61,662 bases of DNA, taken from positions 1 to 61,662 of IMG/VR virus record IMGVR_UViG_3300016484_000327; one strand, written 5' to 3'. Origin of the DNA: a virus. Lineage: Duplodnaviria > Caudoviricetes. Below are positions 27,732-35,078 of this stretch, one piece after another; position 1 is the stretch's first letter, and each line of letters begins with the position of its first letter. The translations under genes and the position numbers were made by a program. Below the pieces are notes generated by a model, which worked only from the letters and a program-made list of their open reading frames with translations, made no database searches and was not told the DNA's origin.

Positions 27732-27746
27732 CTAAACTGTTAGAAC

Positions 27747-28874
27747 TTATCCTCCAAGAGTAGTAGTTGTAGTGGTAAATCCACATGGGATTTGATATAG
27801 TATAGTAGCTTCATTTAAAACAACAGATCCTACAATAACGCAAGGCGTAAGAATAGTTTCTCCAGGACCCACTCCTGTAATTGATTCTAATCCACTTCCA
27901 CAAAGAGTAGCTTTAGCAAATCCACCAGTTATACTAGTTATTGCATACTGAGCGCATGCTTGTGTTGTAGTGGTTGTTGTTGGAGCTAATGTAGTAGTAC
28001 TTGTCGTACTTGTAGTGCTAGTACTTGTAGTAGTCGGAGGAGGGCAAGGAAATATTTCCTTTACTGTTGCATTAGTTAAAACTAACGTATTTGACCATAT
28101 ACATCCTGTATATATAGAAGCACCACTAGTGCTTATTGTTCCTCCTACAGGAACATTATAACAGGTTTGAGCTGCCCATGTAGCACCAGCAATAGTTGCT
28201 TGAACTCTATATTGTTGGCAAACGGGAGCAGCTGTAGTTGTAGTGGTTGTACTAGAAGTACTTGTAGTTGAAGTGGTAGATGTTGATGTAGTTGTAGAAG
28301 TGTTACATCCTGATCCTAAACCAAGCGCTAATATAAAATTATTATTATATGTAAGATCTTCATCACATACACAAATAAGAACAGTTGCACCAGCAGCTAA
28401 TGAAACATTATTGAATCTTACACGAGAACAGTTAGTATAACTATATGTTTGAGTAACATTAGAAACATTCTTAAGACTATACGTTTCACAATCACAAGGT
28501 GCAAGTGTTGTAGTCGTCGTTGTAGATGTAGATGTGCTGGTAGTTGTAGTTGGACAAATACATGTAGTTGTAGTTGTCGTAGGTATAATCGTTGTAGTAA
28601 TTATAACCGGAGCTTTTGTAGTCGTAGTTGTAGTAGTACAATTACGAGGTACGGGAAGCATACTTATAAAATGCAAAAGAATATCCTGAAGATTTTTACC
28701 TTCAGGAATAGCATAGCAACTATCTCCAGGATGTACAACACATATGTCTTTAGTTAAATCTGTACATACGTTCGCATCCTTACACGTTGTCGTCGTTGTA
28801 GTCGAAGACGTGGTAGTTGTCCCTGAACATATTGGACATGGTGGATCGCATGGTGTATAGCAATTACAAGACAT
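27747..28874 (-). CDS. Mucin-like Cys/Thr-rich putative virion fibre protein (375 aa)
   Basis: Multiple poly-Thr/Ser tracts alternating with three ~50-aa Cys modules; N-terminal anchor-like motif. Confidence 0.75.
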   Translation of the reverse strand: MSCNCYTPCDPPCPICSGTTTTSSTTTTTTCKDANVCTDLTKDICVVHPGDSCYAIPEGKNLQDILLHFISMLPVPRNCTTTTTTTKAPVIITTTIIPTTTTTTCICPTTTTSTSTSTTTTTTLAPCDCETYSLKNVSNVTQTYSYTNCSRVRFNNVSLAAGATVLICVCDEDLTYNNNFILALGLGSGCNTSTTTSTSTTSTTSTSSTTTTTTAAPVCQQYRVQATIAGATWAAQTCYNVPVGGTISTSGASIYTGCIWSNTLVLTNATVKEIFPCPPPTTTSTSTTSTTSTTTLAPTTTTTTQACAQYAITSITGGFAKATLCGSGLESITGVGPGETILTPCVIVGSVVLNEATILYQIPCGFTTTTTTLGG

Positions 28875-28890
28875 AGTACTAGTTCAGATA

Positions 28891-29118
28891 TTAGTCGTTA
28901 CAACCACAAATTTCTTCTTTACCTGAAGGAAAAGCAAATATAGCTCCTCCTAGAAACTTCACTCCTTGCCCATTATGACAAAAAGAATAAGTTCCAGTTT
29001 CAATATATAATTGAGTGGGTTCAGAACCCTGACACGGGGTCCATTCAGCAACACCTACACCATTCACCAAATATTCGGTGTTATAACAAGGGGAAACACA
29101 AGGTATATTATTACTCAT
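28891..29118 (-). CDS. Small Cys-rich protein (single Cys module, 75 aa)
   Basis: C...Y...W.PC...FC pattern shared with neighbours; fills the gap between genes. Confidence 0.65.
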   Translation of the reverse strand: MSNNIPCVSPCYNTEYLVNGVGVAEWTPCQGSEPTQLYIETGTYSFCHNGQGVKFLGGAIFAFPSGKEEICGCND

Positions 29119-29136
29119 AATTTATAGTCTTATATA

Positions 29137-30072
29137 TTAACAAGGACCTGATGAAACTACTGTTACACCGCCTGCAGTAACATTATATCCACTACCATCA
29201 GTACAAATTGTAAATTGTCCGTTAAAGGTTTGTGTTAACGGAGTACCTCCACAATCAAACCATTCAATAGATGCAGGACTACCGCCTGAGTCAAGAGTAT
29301 ATCCAAAACATAAACTTTCTACGGTAGTCGTAGTTGTAGTTATAGGTTCAATTGTTGTAGTAGATGTAGTTGTTGTAGGTTCTACCGTTGTACTGGTAGT
29401 TGTCGTAGTAGGTTCCGCAGTAGTAGTAGTAGTTGTTGTCGGTTCTAATGTTGTAGTTGAAGTAGATGTAGAAGTTGTAGTCGGAGGAGGTTCTGCGGTT
29501 GTAGTTGTTGTACTACTACTTGTTGTACTAGTTGTAGAAGATGTAGTTGTAGTAGTTGGAGCTATAGTTGTAGTTGTAGTAGTACTAGTAGATGTTGTGG
29601 TTGTTGGAGGAATCGTAGTTGTGGTTGTTGTAGATGAAGTAGTCGTAGAAGTTGATGTTGTTGTACTAGAAGTAGTAGTAGGTGTAGGACCTAGGTTAGT
29701 TGTAGTCGTAGTAGTAGGAACTATAGTGGTAGTAGTCGTTGTACCAGAAATAGTTGTTGTCGTAGTAGTTGCTGGAGCAATTGTTGTACTACTTGTTGTA
29801 GATGTAGTGGGTAAACTAGTTGTACTAGTAGTTGTAGTTGGTCCTCCAATTATAAACAGATCAATAGATGTAGTACATGTACCAGTAGATTGCACACGGA
29901 TAATAGTAGTATTATCTGGAACTGTAACCGTATAAACTGCGGGTGCTTGTATTAAAGACTTTGGAATACCTGATGCAAACACAATAAAATTACCTGTTGC
30001 GTTTGATAGTAATCGAAAAGGACCTGTATTAGACCCTAATCCTGATAATGATATTGATACAGCAAATGGCAT
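29137..30072 (-). CDS. Mucin-like protein with ~175-aa PTS domain (311 aa)
   Basis: aa ~78-252 mostly Thr with Ser/Pro/Glu, between an N-terminal beta domain and a C-terminal Cys module. Confidence 0.8.
   Translation of the reverse strand: MPFAVSISLSGLGSNTGPFRLLSNATGNFIVFASGIPKSLIQAPAVYTVTVPDNTTIIRVQSTGTCTTSIDLFIIGGPTTTTSTTSLPTTSTTSSTTIAPATTTTTTISGTTTTTTIVPTTTTTTNLGPTPTTTSSTTTSTSTTTSSTTTTTTIPPTTTTSTSTTTTTTIAPTTTTTSSTTSTTSSSTTTTTAEPPPTTTSTSTSTTTLEPTTTTTTTAEPTTTTTSTTVEPTTTTSTTTIEPITTTTTTVESLCFGYTLDSGGSPASIEWFDCGGTPLTQTFNGQFTICTDGSGYNVTAGGVTVVSSGPC
29317..29841 (-). repeat. Low-complexity poly-Thr coding repeat
   Basis: Mixed ACT/ACA/ACG/ACC codon runs with recurring (E)PTTTTTT units. Confidence 0.85.
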
Positions 30073-30084
30073 TTCACTATTATT

Positions 30085-31179
30085 TTATATGGTAGTTGTT
30101 GTAGTTGTCGGTACACATGCTGCTACATTAACAACTGTAATAGAAGATCCAGATGGGAATGCAACAGATCCTGTACAAGCACATACCGCTACTGTTTGTC
30201 CCGCTGGTACAGAAACAAATGCAGACTGAGCAGTTCCACAAGTATTATAAGTCACATACGCAGCTGTTGCACCTGTGTTAGTAAGATTATAAGTTCTACA
30301 AGTGGAACAATTAAGTGTAGTGGTTGTAGTTACAGGAATTGTAGTAGTTGTAGTCACATAAGGAGTGTTGGAACATACATTAACTGTAAACGCTCCGCCC
30401 ACCTCACAATCGTTATATATTACTGTACCATTAGGTTTAGTAATTCTCACCCATATTTCGTGCTGGTGAGATACTGGAGTGTTATCACAAACAGCACTAT
30501 ATTTTGTTACAGCATGGTCTAGATTAAATGTAATATTTGAACTTCCACCATTTGCAGCAGCTATCTGAATAGCTTCTTCCATAGTAAGTGTAATAGAACT
30601 ATACCTACTATGCTCAGAACCTTTCCATATACCTCCAGTTAACGGAGAAGGTGTATTTTTATAATCTTTACATATAACTGTACCGTATTCTGAAAGAGCC
30701 CCACAATCAGAATCATCATTATTCATACGAGCATCTCCAACATATTCACCAGCTAAATAAACTTCATGCAATGCACGATTACAGTTATGTGTAGCTATAG
30801 AAGATTCACAAGGATGTACATAACCAGAAGGTAAAAGTGAATAATCTTGATTAGTAGCTATATAAAGAAACTCAAGTTTTAATCCAAGTAGACATGCAAT
30901 AGTTGGTGTAGCAGCAAATCCAGAACAGATTTCACAAGGATTATATGTAGTAGTGGTCGTATTACAGTTGGGATAAATATAATTATAAAGAATAGCAATC
31001 ACCTGTGTAATTGTCATTCCGTTTGTGATACCAAAGCAAGGAAGGTTAGGTCCTGTGTAAAGCACACAATCCGTGGATGTTTCTTCATCACACTTAGGTC
31101 CTGCTGGACATGCTTCCGCAGGTTGTAAAAATTCTGGACACCATTTATCGTGCCATGGATTACCGCAGTTACAAGACAT
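30085..31179 (-). CDS. Cys/Thr-rich putative virion fibre protein (364 aa)
   Basis: CVLYTGPNLPC.GI..G anchor-like motif, four poly-Thr runs, C-terminal Cys module. Confidence 0.7.
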   Translation of the reverse strand: MSCNCGNPWHDKWCPEFLQPAEACPAGPKCDEETSTDCVLYTGPNLPCFGITNGMTITQVIAILYNYIYPNCNTTTTTYNPCEICSGFAATPTIACLLGLKLEFLYIATNQDYSLLPSGYVHPCESSIATHNCNRALHEVYLAGEYVGDARMNNDDSDCGALSEYGTVICKDYKNTPSPLTGGIWKGSEHSRYSSITLTMEEAIQIAAANGGSSNITFNLDHAVTKYSAVCDNTPVSHQHEIWVRITKPNGTVIYNDCEVGGAFTVNVCSNTPYVTTTTTIPVTTTTTLNCSTCRTYNLTNTGATAAYVTYNTCGTAQSAFVSVPAGQTVAVCACTGSVAFPSGSSITVVNVAACVPTTTTTTI

Positions 31180-31190
31180 CTTAATTACTT

Positions 31191-31715
31191 TTAGTATTCA
31201 GTGTATTCACCGCACGTAGTTTCAGCATACGGTCTATAAATCTGTGTAGTAGGAAGAGCCATTCCCGAATTACCTGTTATAGTTAATTCTAACGCATCAT
31301 AAAACTGCTCTGCTACTTTAAAGTATACAAATACAGCAGTTCTTTTATTATCACCTGGATCGTTAATCCCATAACGATTAATATACTTAAACTCAAATAT
31401 TGGAGTTTGCCCATTCATATAGACATTTAACCCAGCAGGAGTTTGTGTTAAAAGAAGACCGTCTAAAGTATATGTAGTATCATTTACTTTAATGCTTGTG
31501 AACTTAGTAGACTCTTCATCATTTGGATGGTTATCATTTGCATCATCATCTATATTCATGTAGAATACACCACACTTGTAACCCGTAGGGTCAGGTAGGT
31601 TATCACATGAAGATGTAACACTAATAGAACCATCTAGGATCAATGAAGTAACACGTGCACCAGCTGGAAGAACAACGGTTTCACCTGGTTTTATAACAAC
31701 AGACTGAGTTGCCAT
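31191..31715 (-). CDS. Hypothetical structural protein (174 aa)
   Basis: Beta-rich ORF tightly packed in the fibre cluster. Confidence 0.6.
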   Translation of the reverse strand: MATQSVVIKPGETVVLPAGARVTSLILDGSISVTSSCDNLPDPTGYKCGVFYMNIDDDANDNHPNDEESTKFTSIKVNDTTYTLDGLLLTQTPAGLNVYMNGQTPIFEFKYINRYGINDPGDNKRTAVFVYFKVAEQFYDALELTITGNSGMALPTTQIYRPYAETTCGEYTEY

Positions 31716-31734
31716 GCTTTATAGTTTATTTCAA

Positions 31735-33078
31735 TTAAGGACTAATAATAGTAGTGGTGGTAGTAACAGGAACTGTTGTAGATGTAGTTGTTGGAACAGG
31801 AACTGTAATAACGCTAGCACCGCTTGTATCATAAATAAGTACAGCTGAAGAACCAGATGAACCGGTAGCTGTAATTTGACAATAATCACACCCGCTTGGA
31901 TTTACCTGTACTGTTACACACTTAACGCATGTTGAAGATCCATCAGTAAGACATACATCTGATGTAATAGTCATACCCTGTGTAGGATCAATTGCTCCTG
32001 GGATTGACAATAGATAACCATTTTGAAGAACAGTGTTATCATCAAATACATCCTCTCTAAGCTTGATGTAGAAGTAGGACTGATGACCTGCACCATCTGT
32101 AATGTTAAACTTAGTACCATTAACAGTGTTACAATCCGCCCATCCAGTCGGAACATTACTCTTCGGTAAGAAGAATAGTGTCATTTCATCATCTGCAAGA
32201 TTCAACTGAACATCAAAGTCAACTATGATATCATCACAAGTAACCTTGCAGCAGTTATCTTGAATAAGTTTAACCGCACTTCTAAGATCATTAATAGCCA
32301 ACCACATCTTTTCCATAGACTGAGCAGCATTCGTAGAAGCTGTAGCCCATAAAATACTAGATGGATTAACTAAAGAATATTGAGGAAGAGTGGTGGGTTC
32401 TGCAGCAACAATGTCTGCAATATCAGGGTTAGGACCTATAAGTCCTTTAAATGCACAATAATTAGCTTCAATAGCTTCTATCGCCTCATCCATATCCTGA
32501 AGTCCAGGATTAATACAAGTGAGGGTAACTTGAGGAAGCGTCTCGTTCTCAAGAACAGTAACACGGGTATCTAGATTATCAATCTGATTTTGAAGATTAA
32601 CATCCTCCTGCTGTAAAGCTGTAATCTGAGTTGCAAGATTACAAACTTCAATACCTATCTTCTTAACGTATTCTTGTAAGGGTAAGTCCTTAATTAAATC
32701 CCCGCTACTATCTGTGTACTGAAAGCATACCGCCATCCTAGTGATCATCTGATTAGTATCATCAGAAGGATTGAGATTATCAATAATCTCCTCTAGTGTA
32801 CACACCTTATCAATCAGAAGTTGTAGAACAATGGAAAGCTTTTTATCGGGTTCTGGACAAGCAAGACACTGATCAATAAGACATTTTAGGTCAAGATCGC
32901 TCAAGTTTAGTAGATTCTGCAGCTCGCACACTTTCTTTGCAAGCTCGTACATAGACTCTGAAAGCGTTTGACCAGTGCACACATTGATGCAAATCAGGTC
33001 GGGACCGTTCCATATAATACAGTTAGATGATATTGGTGAACAGGTCTCCTTGTTTATATTAGATTTAATAGGAGGCAT
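31735..33078 (-). CDS. Coiled-coil, Cys-rich fibre protein with C-terminal Thr tail (447 aa)
   Basis: CSPISSNCIIWNGPDL.C anchor-like motif, heptad segment LQNQIDNLDTRVTVLE, tail PTTTSTTVPVTTTTT. Confidence 0.7.
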   Translation of the reverse strand: MPPIKSNINKETCSPISSNCIIWNGPDLICINVCTGQTLSESMYELAKKVCELQNLLNLSDLDLKCLIDQCLACPEPDKKLSIVLQLLIDKVCTLEEIIDNLNPSDDTNQMITRMAVCFQYTDSSGDLIKDLPLQEYVKKIGIEVCNLATQITALQQEDVNLQNQIDNLDTRVTVLENETLPQVTLTCINPGLQDMDEAIEAIEANYCAFKGLIGPNPDIADIVAAEPTTLPQYSLVNPSSILWATASTNAAQSMEKMWLAINDLRSAVKLIQDNCCKVTCDDIIVDFDVQLNLADDEMTLFFLPKSNVPTGWADCNTVNGTKFNITDGAGHQSYFYIKLREDVFDDNTVLQNGYLLSIPGAIDPTQGMTITSDVCLTDGSSTCVKCVTVQVNPSGCDYCQITATGSSGSSAVLIYDTSGASVITVPVPTTTSTTVPVTTTTTIISP

Positions 33079-33141
33079 AATATACTGGGTATCAAGTTGT
33101 TACAAATAATGACAGTATTGGTGTAGAAACGCAAGTATACT

Positions 33142-33157
33142 CTACAATACAATATAC
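33142..33157 (-). promoter_or_regulatory. Putative phage late promoter (GTATATTGTATTGTAG)
   Basis: Five-copy motif; follows a terminator and precedes the mucin-like cluster. Confidence 0.55.
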
Positions 33158-33173
33158 AATTTTTAGAGGACAT

Positions 33174-33207
33174 AAACAAAAAAACCACCCCAGGAATGAG
33201 GTGGTTT
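33174..33207 (-). terminator. Intrinsic terminator
   Basis: aaaccacc/ggtggttt stem with minus-strand T-run. Confidence 0.75.
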
Positions 33208-33230
33208 CTATAACTTGACAGAGTAGGGAT

Positions 33231-33740
33231 TTAGATAGGTACTACTTTCCCATCTTCAGCTTTTACAAGCTTAAAGAGGGTAACATAGTTCTCTTCTGTC
33301 TCCAGTTTAGCTAGATCAGAAAGCAGGATGGGTTTATACTCCAATTCCTTTTCAGTCTGGAGAAGTTCGTTAAACTCCTTCTCAAACTGCTGGAAGTCTG
33401 GGTTAAACACCTTCTTAGCTACTTCTTTACCATCAGCATCGGTAGTCATTACAACATTACCATCAGCGTCTAGCTCGTCGATAACCATAGGGATGGATAC
33501 ACCACCCTTGTCATCTTCCTTACCAAACTTCTTGATAAGGTCATTCTTCAGTTCCTCTACAGAAGCTTTCTCAGCAGCTACCTTCTTACCCAGCTCGGTG
33601 AGCCAGTATTTGGTAACTAAAGGAAGTTTCTCGCGTAGGAGACCTACTGAAATAGTTTCACCTGTTGATTGGTTGGTGAGACCATTGAGTTCAGCATCTA
33701 GATTGTAGAACTCAAACAGTTTCAATGTAATTTTTTCCAT
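33231..33740 (-). CDS. Hypothetical helical protein (possible fibre assembly chaperone)
   Basis: Charged helical ORF with own promoter-like element (TATATTCG at 33771-33778) and terminator. Confidence 0.55.
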   Translation of the reverse strand: MEKITLKLFEFYNLDAELNGLTNQSTGETISVGLLREKLPLVTKYWLTELGKKVAAEKASVEELKNDLIKKFGKEDDKGGVSIPMVIDELDADGNVVMTTDADGKEVAKKVFNPDFQQFEKEFNELLQTEKELEYKPILLSDLAKLETEENYVTLFKLVKAEDGKVVPI

Positions 33741-33830
33741 GGATTTAAATAATTGTAGATTAATCTACTACGAATATACAAATGATATTCCAGACTATCT
33801 ACACTGACATATTAACAGATGTGTAAAACT

Positions 33831-34412
33831 CTATCCGAGGTCAATAGGGGGAAGAACAACTTCACCATCTCTTCCATCAGATTGGATAGCTTTGTAAGTA
33901 TCACTTCTATACAAGTTATATTCTTTCGGAGAAGATTTTTTACCATCCCCTTGTAAAAAAGCTAGAAGTGCATTATTATATGGTTCACTAAAGTTTCTTA
34001 ATATAGTATACTCTAATGTTATTTGATTATAAGTTACAGCTTCTGAAAAACTTGTTTCAAATGCAGTTTCCCCAGTGAGTATAGCAAAATAAGTGACTCC
34101 TCCACCGAAAGGTAATTCATAAAAAAAATAAGATAGTGGATTCAGTATAGAACTAACACTAGGAAATATCTGATCAGGACGTAATTCCAAAGAAGTTAAA
34201 ACACTTTCTCTTTTAGAATCATAAGTAGCTTCTGTAATAGATGTCCAGCTAGTAGCCTGATTAATAATAGCTGATGCTACGGAATAATTAATGATGGTCC
34301 CCATTGAAGCGGATGCAACAGAACTACCAAAAAAGGTATATTTGTCACCATCTTCAATCACCTTATAATCAGCTATAGCTGTAGGAGGACGTTTGAATAC
34401 ATAAGAAGGCAT
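33831..34412 (-). CDS. Hypothetical protein (193 aa)
   Basis: ORF co-oriented and tightly packed; no recognisable motif. Confidence 0.55.
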   Translation of the reverse strand: MPSYVFKRPPTAIADYKVIEDGDKYTFFGSSVASASMGTIINYSVASAIINQATSWTSITEATYDSKRESVLTSLELRPDQIFPSVSSILNPLSYFFYELPFGGGVTYFAILTGETAFETSFSEAVTYNQITLEYTILRNFSEPYNNALLAFLQGDGKKSSPKEYNLYRSDTYKAIQSDGRDGEVVLPPIDLG

Positions 34413-34432
34413 AAAATTTTATATTTAAAAGG

Positions 34433-35077
34433 TTAACAATAACAACAAGAAATTCCTAAATCTACGTAAAATCCAGACACTGTACCAACTTGAGCACAGA
34501 ATATGTCTCCCACCAAAAGAATTCCGGACTGTGGAACGTTACAGCAGTCTGTCCATGTCATAAATGAAGTAGCAGTTGCTTGATGTTCAGTACAAACGTA
34601 CGCACATGCACCAGTAGTTGTAGTGGTTGTAGGACCGCAAGTTACAACAGAATCTAACTGATTTCCATTTACAGTGTAACAAACACTACCATTAGATAGA
34701 TATCCTGATATGGGAGGACTATACCCAGAGCAATTTGATTGCGAGTTTATAGAACAAAATGTACTAATTGTAGAACAACAGCTATAAAATGTAAATGTAA
34801 AAGGTCCTGCGCATGCTGTTGTACAATCTCCAGCAAACGCCCACCCTGTATGAAAATAACAAGGATTGCCTCCGCAACAGTTTATAGTGTGGTTATATCC
34901 ATACCACTCACTTATAGATGCTGGGTTACCAGCACTCGGTCTAAGCGGACTACATTGATTAATAGCTACATATCCACCATTTTCAGCAGTGTCTAATGAA
35001 AGAGGAGCTTGAGAAGGTATTCCTAACTCAGTTCTTATTTGATTCATACTCAACGATCCAGATGTAGGAAGTGCCAT
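34433..35077 (-). CDS. Putative tail-fibre tip/adhesin protein, Cys-rich with a Thr tract
   Basis: MALP.SG.LS...I..ELG...SISEWYGY N-terminus typical of proteins following chaperone-bearing fibres; starts 1 nt after the fibre stop. Confidence 0.6.
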   Translation of the reverse strand: MALPTSGSLSMNQIRTELGIPSQAPLSLDTAENGGYVAINQCSPLRPSAGNPASISEWYGYNHTINCCGGNPCYFHTGWAFAGDCTTACAGPFTFTFYSCCSTISTFCSINSQSNCSGYSPPISGYLSNGSVCYTVNGNQLDSVVTCGPTTTTTTGACAYVCTEHQATATSFMTWTDCCNVPQSGILLVGDIFCAQVGTVSGFYVDLGISCCYC

Positions 35078-35078
35078 A

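Noticed and set aside
27970-29935. Val-rich, membrane-protein-looking + strand ORFs (27970, 28243, 29597)
   Set aside because: They are the reverse complement of poly-Thr codon runs, not independent genes.
27747-30072. Short tandem gta/gtt repeats as CRISPR array or microsatellite
   Set aside because: No constant repeat with unique spacers; synonymous codons are mixed and frame is preserved, consistent with coding low complexity.
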